Assembly (NCBI GenBank): GCA_023383795.1
Contig: JAHDYJ010000012.1
Location: 5,307 to 69,306 of the forward strand
Direction: 5' to 3'
DNA: 64,000 nucleotides
From: Burkholderiales bacterium
GTDB lineage: Bacteria; Pseudomonadota; Gammaproteobacteria; Burkholderiales; SG8-39
Part shown: positions 14,644 through 28,062 of the stretch, piece by piece
Layout: the number at the start of each line of letters is the position of its first letter
Numbering within the stretch: position 1 is the first letter of the stretch
Notes under the pieces: generated by a model
Told to the model about the DNA's origin: nothing
Databases searched by the model: none
The model's input: the letters and a program-made list of their open reading frames with translations, nothing else
Translations under genes and position numbers: made by a program

Positions 14644-17600
14644 ATGACCACTCCGAATGCCGCGCAGCTCGCCGCGTTCTGCGTCGACGTCTACGACGCC
14701 GCAACCGATGTCGGTCGCGAGATCCCCACGGGATTCGTAAGACTCACCGGGTTCTCCGGCGAGAACGGTGACGGCGGACTGTTCGCCGCGGCCTACCTCG
14801 ACACCGAGACCGGGCAGCTCGTGCTCGCGTTCCGCGCCGACGATGCGCTGCGCGATCTCTTCACCAACCTGTCGTTCGTGACGAGCACCGGCGACACGCT
14901 GTTCAATCGCGCGCTCGCCCTGGTGGACGAGGCGCGCAAGCTCGCGGCCGAGCGCTACGGCGTCGCCCCGCCCGACGCCGCGGTGACGCTCACCGGACAC
15001 GGCGTCGGCGGCGGCTTCGCATCGCTCGTCTCGGTCGCGACCGGACTGCAGGCGGCCACGTTCAACGGGGTGGGCATCAGCGGGCTCCTGTCGGCATTCG
15101 AGGAGCGCTTCGGACCGCTCGCGCCGGACTTCGCGAGCCGCATCTCGAACTACGTCGCGCAGGGTGACGAGACCTATGCGCTGCCGCGCGGGACGTCGCA
15201 AGTCGGACAGGTGATTGACGTCCAGACGTCAACGCTGTCGTTTTTCGGACAGCTGTCGACCGCGGTCGGGGCCGACATGCAGGGCCAGCAGCTGCTCGAC
15301 GCGATCTACGACTGGCTCGGCACCGGCAGCGCGGACCGCCGCAACGCGCAGCGCGTGCTGATGGCCCTCGAGCTGCAGTTCGGCGCCGTGACGGGCGACG
15401 CCGCGGCGACCGACGCGCAGAAGGCCGAGCTGAACGGCAGGTTGAACGAGCTGCTGCAGACCGACTCGGCCGACCGCATCGCCGCGCGCAAGTTCGATCG
15501 CGTGATGATCGACGGCTCGGACGCAGGACAAGCGCAAGACGCGGGCGGCTACGGTGCGAGCAACGATCTCATCGTTGGCGCGTCCGGCGCGGACACGCTC
15601 CACGGCGGCGCCGGCGACGACATGCTCCTCGGCGGCGACGGCAACGACATCCTGGCGGGCGGCGCCGGGGCAGACGAGCTCCACGGCGGCAAGGGCTCGG
15701 ACGTCTACCGCTTCGCGAGCGCCGACGGGACGAACGTCCTGCGCGACGCGCAGGGCACGAACCGGGTGATCGTCGACGGCGTGCCCGTCGCCGGCTTCTT
15801 CTACGGCGACGGCTCGGGCATCTGGCGCAGTGCCGATGGCAGGCTGACCCTGACGGACACCGAGACGGGCGCCACGCTCGCGACCGCCTCCGGTCTCACG
15901 CTCGAGCTGGACGGATTCGCCGAGGGCCAATTCGGCCTGCTGCGCGTGGCCGGGTTCCTCGATCCCGCATCGCTCCCGCGGATCGCGGGCGATCTCGTCG
16001 GCGCGAGCGGCGACGAGCTGGTTGGCTCGGCCGGCGCGGAGCTCATCGAGGCCGGCGAGGGCGACGACTACGTCATGGCCGGTGCCGGAGACGACGTGGC
16101 CGCGGGCGGCACGGGGAGCGACGTGCTCGCAGGCGGCGACGGCAGCGACCGGCTGGCGGCGGACAAGTGGGTCTCGACCGAGGAGGCGCTGGCGAATCCC
16201 GCGCCGGGCGCGAGCGGCGCCGGCGACTGGCTGGCCGGCGGGGAGGGCGACGACGTCCTCGTCGGCGGCGCGCGCGGCGACGTGCTCTCCGGCGGCGGCG
16301 GGCGCGACCTGCTGATCGGCGGCGGCGGCGGCGACTTCCTGCTGGGCGACGCGGACTACCTGCCCGCCGAGACGCAATGGACCTTCGCCGTCGGCGCGGA
16401 CGGCCGCTCCAACTACTACTCCTGGAGCGATCCCGAGTCGAACGATCCCGCCGCGAGCGCAGCCGATCTGATGTTCGGCGGCGACGGGAACGACTGGATG
16501 GCGGGCGGCCGCGGCGACGACACGCTCTTCGGCGGTGCCGGCGACGACGAGCTGATCGGTAACGCAGGCGCCGACACGCTGTTCGGCGGCGCCGGCAGAG
16601 ACCGCCTGTACGGCGGCGAGCGCGCGCGCGGTGCGGCGCTCGACTTCAGCGACGACTACCTCGACGGCGGCGACGACGACGACATGCTCGCCGGCTCGGC
16701 CGGGAACAACTTCCTTCTCGGCGGCGGCGGCAACGACGAGATCCGCGCCGGCGCCGGCGAGAACCTGATCGAAGGCGGCGACGGCGACGACACCATCTCG
16801 GCCACCGGCCGCGACGTCGTCTACGGGGGCGCGGGCAACGATTTCATCGTGACCTTCGGCATCGGCGATGCGCGCCTCGACGGCGGCGAGGGCGACGACC
16901 GGCTGTTCGGCGAGCAGGGCAACGACACGCTCGCCGGCGGTGCCGGCGACGACCGGCTCTACGGCGGCGAGGGCGACGACCTGCTCGACGGCGGCGTCGG
17001 CGACGATCGCTACGTGTTCGACGCGGGCAGCGGCGTCGACGCGATCACCGACGCGTCCGGCTTCGACGTGATCGAGCTCCGCTCGATCGAGGGTGCGGGC
17101 GCCACCGACTATACGATCGCGCGCGACGGCATCCGCCTCGTCGCCGACAACACCGAGATTCGCCTCGAGTACGGCGCGCTCGGCGACCGCATCCTGCTCG
17201 GCCGCGATCCGCGCGGCGTGATCGAGCAGGTCGACCTGACGCGCTTCGCCGGCGGCACCGTGACGACCGAGTCGATCGCGTTGACCGACTTGCCGGTGGT
17301 GTACGCGGGAACCGACGACAGCGAGATCCTGTTCGGGGTCGAGGGATTCCGCAACGTCGTGAGCGGCGGCGGCGGCAACGACATCGTCGTCGGGGCGAGC
17401 GGCGCCGACGTGATCGCGGGCGGCGCCGGGCTCGACGTCCTGCGCGGCGGCGACGGCGGCGACACCTATGTCTTCGGCATCGGCGACGGCCTGGACACGA
17501 TCGACGACACCGGCGCTGGCGGCGTCGACGTGCTCTCGCTCGGCATCGCGCTCGACGCCGCGACGCTCACGCTCGCCGGCGGCCTGCTCTTCCTGGACAT

Positions 17601-20319
17601 CGGCGGCGGCGAGGGCGTGAAGCTCGCCGGCTTCCACCGCCTTGACGCCTACGGCAGCGTGTCGGTCGAACGCTTCGAGTTCGGCGGCGGCGTCGGGCTG
17701 TCGGCCGGCGAGCTGATCGATCGCGGCTTCGATCTGCGCGGAACTACGGCCGCCGAGAGCGTCTCGGGCACCAACGCGGTCGACCGTTTCCACGCCTCGG
17801 CGGGCGACGACCGCCTGGCCGGCGGCGGGGGTGACGACGTCTACGAGTTCGGACGGGGCTCCGGCAAGGACTTCATCTCCGACCTCGATCTCACCCCCGG
17901 CAACTTCGACCGCGTGGTCCTGCGCGACGGCATCACGCCCGACGACCTCCAGGTGTCCGCCGAGGCGGACCGCCTGACGCTTCGCTTGAGCGACGCCGAC
18001 CAGCTCTCGATCCAGTGGCTCCCGGCCGCGGGCTACCAGATCGAGTCGATCGCTTTCGGCGACGGCACCCTCTGGGATCTGCCCGTCCTGCAGGGCTTCT
18101 TCCAGGCGTCGAACCGTCCGCCCGGGTTGCTCGCGCCGATCGGCGACCAGACCGCGCTCGAGGACGCGCCGTTCGTGTTCCAGGTGCCGGCGGGAACTTT
18201 CGAGGATCCTGACGGCGACGGCACTCTCGCGTACTCGGCCAGCCTCGAGGACGGCAGCAGCCTGCCGGCGTGGCTCGCCTTCGATGGCGCCACGGGCACG
18301 TTCTCCGGCACGCCCCTCAACGCGGACGTCGGGTCGATCGGCGTCACGGTGACCGCCGCCGACGGCTCGGGCGAGCGCGTCGCCGACACCTTCGCGATCG
18401 ACGTCCAGAACGTCAACGATGCGCCGGCGCTCGCCGCGCCGCTCGGCGTGCTGAACGTCGCCGAGGACAGTGCCCTCGACTTTGCGATCCCGGCGGGGAC
18501 GTTCGTCGACGTCGACCGCGATGACGCGCTTCGCTACGTCGCCGCGCTCGAGAACGGCGCCGCGCTGCCCGACTGGCTGCACTTCGACGCGGCGGCCGGG
18601 ACGCTGCGCGGCACCCCCGGAAACTCCGAGGTCGGCAGCTACCGGGTCCGCGTCGCTGCGCTCGACGCGGCCGGCGCGTACGCCGAGGACGTGCTGGCGC
18701 TCAACGTGTTGAACGTGAACGACGCGCCGACCCTCGCGGCGCCGCTCGCGGACGCGATCGTCAAGGAGTCGCATCCGCTCGACCTGCTGATCGACGCGGG
18801 CGCGTTCGTCGACGTCGATCCGGGCGACGCGCTCGAGTACGCCCTCACGCTCTCGAGCGGTGACGCGCTGCCCGAGTGGCTCACGTTCGACGGCGCGGAG
18901 CTCTGGCTGGGCGGAACGCCCGGGCGCGCGGACATCGGCACGCTGGAGCTGCGCCTCACCGCGACCGACGGCGCGGGCGCGTCGGTCTACGACGATTTCC
19001 TGGTGACCGTCGCGGCGGTTCCCGGCCAGGTGCTGATCGGCACCAATGCCGACGACGACCTCTTCGGCGACGCCGGCGACGACACGCTGGCCGGCCGAGG
19101 CGGGCGCGACTTGCTCGCCGGCAGCGCCGGCGACGACACGTTCGCCTTCGCGCGCGACGCGACCTGGAGCGGCACCGCGCGGCGCGAGCACCCGGACACC
19201 GGCGAGCGCGTCGGCCTCGCCGGCCGCGGGCGGAGCTACGACGTGTTCGACGGCGGCGCCGGATCGGACGCGTTGCTCGGCACCGGTCGCGCGGACGCGA
19301 TCCTGCGCTTCGATCCGTCGGACCTGCCGGGCGCCGCCGAGCGCATCACCGGCATCGAGCGGATCGACGCCGGCGGCGGCAGCGACATCGTCGATCTGAC
19401 GGGGCCGACCTCATACGGGCCGGTGACGGTGCTCGGCGGCGCCGGGCACGACGTCATCTGGTCGAGCGACGGCGACGACCTGCTCTACGGCGGCAGCGGG
19501 ATGGACCGCATCGACGGCGGCGGCGGCAACGATTACATCGCAGGCGGCAGCGGCGGCGACGTGCTCTCCGGCGGAAGCGGCAACGACATCCTCGAGGGCG
19601 ACAGCGGGATCGACTGGCTGTACGACTACGAGGGCAGCAACGTGCTGTGGGGGCGCGGCGGCGCGGACAGCCTGTACGACGGCGGGGGCAACGCCCTGCT
19701 CGTCGGCGGCGCCGGCGTCGACCGCATCACGCTCGGCGGCGGCCGCGACGTCATCGCGTTCAACCGCGGCGACGGCCGCGACGTGGTGCGCGGCAGCGGC
19801 ACGGCGACGCTCTCGCTCGGCGGCGGCATCCGCTACGAGGACCTCGCGCTGCGCAAGCGCTTCGACGACCTGATCGTGGAGACCGGCGGCGGCGAGCGGA
19901 TCACGTTCCAGGGCTGGTACGCCGACCCGCTCGCGCAGAGCGTGCTCGACATGCAGGTGATCACGCAGGTGATGCAGGGGGGCGGGCCGGGCAGCGATGC
20001 GGTGCTCGGCGACCAGCCGGTCGAGGCGTTCGACTTCCGCGCGATCGTCGCCGCGTTCGACGAGGCGAGGGCGATGAGCAGAAACCTCGTGCGCTGGGAG
20101 ATGCTGGACGCGCTCGCGCGCGCCGAGCCGCGCGGCTTCGACAACCTTGCGGCGGGCGGCGATCTCGCCTATCAGTACGGCCTGAGCGGGACGCTCGCCG
20201 GCATCGGCGTCGGCGCCGCGCAGGCGGTGCTGAGCGACTCGCGGTTCGGCAGCGGGCCGCAGCCGCTCTCGGGCCTCGACGCGCTGACGGCCGGGACGGC
20301 GAAGCTCGGCGGGGGTTGA
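14644..20319 (+). CDS. Large RTX (hemolysin-type Ca-binding) T1SS substrate with an N-terminal lipase-like domain and three putative Ig/cadherin-like domains
   Basis: Many GGxGxDxL nonapeptides; three ...LPxWLxFD...GTP...NVNDAP-type units; N-terminal LVLAFR...VTLTGHGVGGG; RBS GAGGAG upstream of ATG 14644; no signal peptide. Confidence 0.92.
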   Translation: MTTPNAAQLAAFCVDVYDAATDVGREIPTGFVRLTGFSGENGDGGLFAAAYLDTETGQLVLAFRADDALRDLFTNLSFVTSTGDTLFNRALALVDEARKLAAERYGVAPPDAAVTLTGHGVGGGFASLVSVATGLQAATFNGVGISGLLSAFEERFGPLAPDFASRISNYVAQGDETYALPRGTSQVGQVIDVQTSTLSFFGQLSTAVGADMQGQQLLDAIYDWLGTGSADRRNAQRVLMALELQFGAVTGDAAATDAQKAELNGRLNELLQTDSADRIAARKFDRVMIDGSDAGQAQDAGGYGASNDLIVGASGADTLHGGAGDDMLLGGDGNDILAGGAGADELHGGKGSDVYRFASADGTNVLRDAQGTNRVIVDGVPVAGFFYGDGSGIWRSADGRLTLTDTETGATLATASGLTLELDGFAEGQFGLLRVAGFLDPASLPRIAGDLVGASGDELVGSAGAELIEAGEGDDYVMAGAGDDVAAGGTGSDVLAGGDGSDRLAADKWVSTEEALANPAPGASGAGDWLAGGEGDDVLVGGARGDVLSGGGGRDLLIGGGGGDFLLGDADYLPAETQWTFAVGADGRSNYYSWSDPESNDPAASAADLMFGGDGNDWMAGGRGDDTLFGGAGDDELIGNAGADTLFGGAGRDRLYGGERARGAALDFSDDYLDGGDDDDMLAGSAGNNFLLGGGGNDEIRAGAGENLIEGGDGDDTISATGRDVVYGGAGNDFIVTFGIGDARLDGGEGDDRLFGEQGNDTLAGGAGDDRLYGGEGDDLLDGGVGDDRYVFDAGSGVDAITDASGFDVIELRSIEGAGATDYTIARDGIRLVADNTEIRLEYGALGDRILLGRDPRGVIEQVDLTRFAGGTVTTESIALTDLPVVYAGTDDSEILFGVEGFRNVVSGGGGNDIVVGASGADVIAGGAGLDVLRGGDGGDTYVFGIGDGLDTIDDTGAGGVDVLSLGIALDAATLTLAGGLLFLDIGGGEGVKLAGFHRLDAYGSVSVERFEFGGGVGLSAGELIDRGFDLRGTTAAESVSGTNAVDRFHASAGDDRLAGGGGDDVYEFGRGSGKDFISDLDLTPGNFDRVVLRDGITPDDLQVSAEADRLTLRLSDADQLSIQWLPAAGYQIESIAFGDGTLWDLPVLQGFFQASNRPPGLLAPIGDQTALEDAPFVFQVPAGTFEDPDGDGTLAYSASLEDGSSLPAWLAFDGATGTFSGTPLNADVGSIGVTVTAADGSGERVADTFAIDVQNVNDAPALAAPLGVLNVAEDSALDFAIPAGTFVDVDRDDALRYVAALENGAALPDWLHFDAAAGTLRGTPGNSEVGSYRVRVAALDAAGAYAEDVLALNVLNVNDAPTLAAPLADAIVKESHPLDLLIDAGAFVDVDPGDALEYALTLSSGDALPEWLTFDGAELWLGGTPGRADIGTLELRLTATDGAGASVYDDFLVTVAAVPGQVLIGTNADDDLFGDAGDDTLAGRGGRDLLAGSAGDDTFAFARDATWSGTARREHPDTGERVGLAGRGRSYDVFDGGAGSDALLGTGRADAILRFDPSDLPGAAERITGIERIDAGGGSDIVDLTGPTSYGPVTVLGGAGHDVIWSSDGDDLLYGGSGMDRIDGGGGNDYIAGGSGGDVLSGGSGNDILEGDSGIDWLYDYEGSNVLWGRGGADSLYDGGGNALLVGGAGVDRITLGGGRDVIAFNRGDGRDVVRGSGTATLSLGGGIRYEDLALRKRFDDLIVETGGGERITFQGWYADPLAQSVLDMQVITQVMQGGGPGSDAVLGDQPVEAFDFRAIVAAFDEARAMSRNLVRWEMLDALARAEPRGFDNLAAGGDLAYQYGLSGTLAGIGVGAAQAVLSDSRFGSGPQPLSGLDALTAGTAKLGGG

Positions 20320-20513
20320 CTCGCACTGAACGACGCCTGGCGATAGCGGGCGGGCACCCCCCGCTTCTCGCCGGCCGCAGCGCAGGGGGCCCGCCGCAAG
20401 CCGGCCGGAAAAGAGCAGGGGACCCCGTCCCTTCCCCCGTGTGTAGGAGGGTGTTTGCGGACTCGGGCGCCACGTGGGCGCAGCCGCGCCGACGCCTACG
20501 GGAGACGCAACGA

Positions 20514-20562
20514 CACCACCCCGTCACGCTTCGCGTGACACCCCTCCTCGGAGAGGAGGGGA
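20514..20562. repeat. REP-like double-hairpin intergenic element
   Basis: CACCCC-GTCACGcttcGCGTGAC-ACCCCTCCTCggaGAGGAGGGG: two adjacent stems. Confidence 0.5.
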
Positions 20563-20742
20563 TCTCGGGCGCCAGGTGGGCGCGGCCGGGTGCAGCCCCT
20601 GACGCAACCGCAGCGCCACGACACATACACTCGGTCGGCGCCGCCCGACGCGCGCGTCCCGCGCGCAAGCCGTGCCGTGCGCGACCCCGTGCGAATTCGC
20701 ACACCGCCTATTAATTTCGTTTCGCGCGCCCGCGCAAATTGA

Positions 20743-24652
<3,910 letters not shown>

Positions 24653-24675
24653 CGCACGCGCCGCCGGCCGCGCCC

Positions 24676-25011
24676 ATGCGCCTCCTCACGCTCGCCCTCG
24701 GCGCGCTGGTCGTCGCGATCCAGTACCCGCTGTGGTTCGGCAAGGGCGGCTGGCTGCGGGTGGCCGAGCTCGAGCGCGAGCTCTCGGCAGTGGACGAGCG
24801 CAACGGCCGGCTCGCGGCGCGCAACGCCGCGCTCGACGCCGAGGTGCGCGACCTCAAGCAGGGCCTGGGGGCGGTCGAGGAGCGCGCGCGCTTCGAGCTC
24901 GGAATGATCCGGCGGGACGAGGTATTCTTCCAGGTCGTCGACCCGCAGGCCGGGGCGCGGCGCCAGGGAAACTCCGATCAGGTCATCCCCGCGCAAGCGG
25001 GGATTCAGTAA
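24676..25011 (+). CDS. ftsB: Cell division protein FtsB
   Basis: [10 protein letters not shown], coiled coil, [11 protein letters not shown]; canonical position after eno. Confidence 0.95.
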   Translation: MRLLTLALGALVVAIQYPLWFGKGGWLRVAELERELSAVDERNGRLAARNAALDAEVRDLKQGLGAVEERARFELGMIRRDEVFFQVVDPQAGARRQGNSDQVIPAQAGIQ

Positions 25012-25057
25012 GGGCTCGATCGCGCCCGGACTGGATTCCCGCAGCCGCGGGAGTGAC
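24982..25057. repeat. REP/RPE-type palindromic repeat pair (GTCATCCCCGCG...CTGGATTCCCGC...GAGTGAC)
   Basis: Two inverted copies of the GTCATTCCCGCGnAnGCGGGAATCCAG-type unit; the first copy overlaps the ftsB 3' end. Confidence 0.75.
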
Positions 25058-25126
25058 GAGGTGTTCTGGAGCCGCCCCAGCGCGGGTCGGGCGCGCGGCA
25101 CGGCGCCGCGCAGAGGAGGCCCGCGG

Positions 25127-26485
25127 ATGAATCTACATGCGAAGCTGCTCGCGCGCGAGGCGCAGGGCGCGCCGCTGCGCGTCGCGCTGATCGGCGCCGG
25201 CAAGTTCGGCACCATGTACCTCGCGCAGGCGCCGCGCACGCCGGGCGTGCACCTCGCCGGCATCGCCGATCTCTCGCGCGCCAACGCGGTCGCGAACCTG
25301 GAGCGCGTCGGCTGGCCCCCCGAGCGGTACGGCGCCGCCAGCCTGGACGAAGCGCTGCGCGAGCGCCGCACGCACCTCGGCGAGGACTGGCGCGCGCTCG
25401 TCGCCCATCCGGCCGTCGACATCGTGGTCGAGGCGACCGGCAATCCGATCGCCGCGGTCGAGCACGCGCTCGAGGCCTTCCGGCACGGCAAGCACGTGGT
25501 GATGGTCACCGTCGAGGCCGACGCGGTCTGCGGGCCGGCGCTCGCGCGGCGCGCGCACGAGGCGGGCGTCATCTACAGCCTCGCCTACGGCGACCAGCCG
25601 GCGCTCATCTGCGAGCTGGTGGACTGGGCGCGCGCGGCCGGCTTCCCGGTGGTCGCCGCGGGGCGCGGCCACAAGTGGCTGCCGCATTTCGCGCAGTCCA
25701 CGCCCGATACGGTGTGGGGCTATTACGGCCTCTCGCCGGAGCAGGCCCGGATCGGCGGCCTGAACCCGAAGATGTTCAACTCGTTCCTCGACGGCTCGAA
25801 GCCCGCGATCGAGAGCACGGCGGTGGCCAACGCCACCGGCCTCACGCCGGCGCCCTGGGGGCTCGCGTTCCCGCCCGCCGGCACCGACGACCTGCCGTTC
25901 GTGATGCGGCCGCGGGAGGAGGGCGGGCAGCTTCATCACAAGGGACAGGTCGAGGTGGTGTCCTCGCTCGAGCGCGACGGCCGCGCGGTGCCGTACGACA
26001 TCCGCTTCGGCGTGTGGGTCGTGTTCGAGGGCGAGACCGAGTACATCCGCCGCTGCTTCGCCGAGTACGGGGTGCGCACCGATCCGGGCGGGCGCTACGC
26101 GAGCCTGTACAAGCGCTGGCACCTGATCGGCCTCGAGGCCGGCATCTCGGTCGCCGCGGTCGGGCTGCGCGGCGAGCCGACCGGCTGCGCGACCGGGTTC
26201 CACGCCGACGCCGTCGCGACCGCGAAGCGCGACCTGCGCGCGGGCGAGGTGCTCGACGGCGAGGGCGGGTACACGGTCTACGGCAGGCTCATGCCGGCGG
26301 CGGACTCGCTCGCGCACGGGGCGCTGCCGCTCGGGCTCGCACACGACGTCGAGCTGCTGCACCCGGTGCCGGCCGGGCAGGTGCTGCGCTGGAGCGACGT
26401 GCAGGCGGACGGCGCGCTCGCCGCGGTGCGGCTGCGGCGCGAGATGGAGCAGGCGGTGGCGCCCGCGCGGCGCGCGGTGGCCTGA
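25127..26485 (+). CDS. NAD(P)-dependent oxidoreductase, homoserine-dehydrogenase-like with C-terminal SAF domain
   Basis: VALIGAGKFG Rossmann motif, GDQPALICEL, FLDGSK, AKRDLRAGEVLDGEGGYTVYG (SAF). Confidence 0.88.
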   Translation: MNLHAKLLAREAQGAPLRVALIGAGKFGTMYLAQAPRTPGVHLAGIADLSRANAVANLERVGWPPERYGAASLDEALRERRTHLGEDWRALVAHPAVDIVVEATGNPIAAVEHALEAFRHGKHVVMVTVEADAVCGPALARRAHEAGVIYSLAYGDQPALICELVDWARAAGFPVVAAGRGHKWLPHFAQSTPDTVWGYYGLSPEQARIGGLNPKMFNSFLDGSKPAIESTAVANATGLTPAPWGLAFPPAGTDDLPFVMRPREEGGQLHHKGQVEVVSSLERDGRAVPYDIRFGVWVVFEGETEYIRRCFAEYGVRTDPGGRYASLYKRWHLIGLEAGISVAAVGLRGEPTGCATGFHADAVATAKRDLRAGEVLDGEGGYTVYGRLMPAADSLAHGALPLGLAHDVELLHPVPAGQVLRWSDVQADGALAAVRLRREMEQAVAPARRAVA

Positions 26486-26513
26486 TCGACGGACGGGACG
26501 AAAGGAGCACGGC

Positions 26514-27500
26514 ATGCAGCATCGACGCTTAGGCAGGAACGGCCCCGCCGTCTCGGCCCTCGGCCTGGGCTGCATGGCCATGACCAATCTCTACGGGCCG
26601 GTCGACGAGGCCGAGGCGATCGCGACGGTGCGCGCGGCGCTCGACGCCGGCGCCGACTTCCTCGACACCGCGGACGCCTACGCGGACGGCAAGAACGAGG
26701 AGCTGCTGCGCAAGGCGCTCGCCGACGGCTACCGCGCCAAGGCGTTCGTGGCGACGAAGTTCGGCAACGTGCGCGACGCCGAGGGCAAGCCCGCGGCGAA
26801 CGGCCGCCCCGAGTACGTCGTCGCGGCGTGCGAGCGCAGCCTGGCGCGTCTCGGCATCGACGCGATCGATCTCTACTACCAGCACCGGGTCGACGCCTCG
26901 GTGCCGATCGAGGAGACCGTCGGCGCGATGGCGCGCCTGGTCGAGCAGGGCAAGGTGCGCCATCTCGGGCTCTCCGAGGCCGGTCCGGAGACGCTGCGCC
27001 GGGCGGCGCGCGTGCACCCGATCGCGGCGCTGCAGACCGAGTACTCGCTGTGGTGCCGCTTCGCCGAGGCGGAGATCCTGCCGGCCTGCCGGGAGCTCGC
27101 AATCGCGTTCGTGCCGTACTCGCCGCTCGGCCGCGGCATGCTGACCGGCGCGATCCGCTCGCTCGCCGATCTCGGCGAGAACGACCGCCGCCGCGACCAC
27201 CCGCGCTTCCATGCCGGCAATCTCGAGCGCAACGCCGAGCTGGTCGCGCCGCTGCTGGCGATGGCCGAGCGCAAGCGCTGCTCGCCGGCGCAGCTCGCGC
27301 TCGCGTGGCTGCTCGCGCAGGGCGAGGACGTGCTGCCGATCCCGGGCACCAAGCGCCGCACGCACCTCGCCGACAACCTCGGCGCGCTCGACATCCGGCT
27401 CTCCGCCGAGGAGGCGGCCGCGCTCGCCGCGGCGGTGGACGACACGCGCGTGCAAGGCACGCGCTACCCGAAGGGCCAGCTCCCGCTGCTCGGCCTTTGA
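26514..27500 (+). CDS. Aldo/keto reductase
   Basis: LGLGCM, DTADAY, DLYYQHRVD, GLSE, QTEYSLW, PIPGTKR. Confidence 0.95.
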   Translation: MQHRRLGRNGPAVSALGLGCMAMTNLYGPVDEAEAIATVRAALDAGADFLDTADAYADGKNEELLRKALADGYRAKAFVATKFGNVRDAEGKPAANGRPEYVVAACERSLARLGIDAIDLYYQHRVDASVPIEETVGAMARLVEQGKVRHLGLSEAGPETLRRAARVHPIAALQTEYSLWCRFAEAEILPACRELAIAFVPYSPLGRGMLTGAIRSLADLGENDRRRDHPRFHAGNLERNAELVAPLLAMAERKRCSPAQLALAWLLAQGEDVLPIPGTKRRTHLADNLGALDIRLSAEEAAALAAAVDDTRVQGTRYPKGQLPLLGL

Positions 27501-27569
27501 TCCGCCGCGCCTCTTGGCGCGCGGCGGCCGCGGCCGTACCATCGGGGCTCAGACCAGAGGAGAAGGACG

Positions 27570-28046
27570 ATGCCGGTCACCGAGCTGAACCACTACTTCG
27601 TGCGCGCGAACGACCTCGAGCGGACCAAGAACTTCTACTGCGACGTGCTCGGCTTCGAGGTGATGCGGCGGCCCGATTTCCCGTTCCCCGGATATTGGCT
27701 CGGCGTCAACGGCAAGATCCAGGTCCACATGGGGCCCGCCGGCGTGCCGAACCAGGAGCTCTACTACCTCGGCACGACGCCGAAGTCGGCCACCGACAAT
27801 TCCGGCGTGGTCGACCACATCGCGTTCCTCGCGAGCGACCACGAGGCGATGGCGAAGCGCCTCGACGAGAAGGGCGTCGCCCGCCGCAACCGCTACTTCC
27901 CCGAGTTCAAGCTCTACCAGATGTTCCTCAAGGATCCCGACGGGCTGGTGATCGAGCTCAACTTCTTCGGCGTCGAGGAGGCGCCGCAGTGGGGCGGCGA
28001 GAACTACGCGGAGATGCCGCGGGTCGGCGAGGTCGAGCGGGCCTAG
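27570..28046 (+). CDS. VOC/glyoxalase family protein
   Basis: LNHY...FYCDVLG, DHIAF, DPDGLVIELN. Confidence 0.88.
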   Translation: MPVTELNHYFVRANDLERTKNFYCDVLGFEVMRRPDFPFPGYWLGVNGKIQVHMGPAGVPNQELYYLGTTPKSATDNSGVVDHIAFLASDHEAMAKRLDEKGVARRNRYFPEFKLYQMFLKDPDGLVIELNFFGVEEAPQWGGENYAEMPRVGEVERA

Positions 28047-28062
28047 CGCGCGCGGCCGCGGC

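Noticed and set aside
15229-19191. Long antisense or alternate-frame ORFs (e.g. 15229-19191, 1335-4082, 1517-4270, 39418-42840, 43633-46689)
   Set aside because: Shadow ORFs of high-GC genes: Arg/Ala-rich, no motifs, overlapping well-supported genes.
15520-19800. Repeat array or CRISPR-like periodicity (ggcggcgncggcgacgac)
   Set aside because: These are coding RTX nonapeptide repeats; there is no constant repeat-spacer structure and no cas gene.
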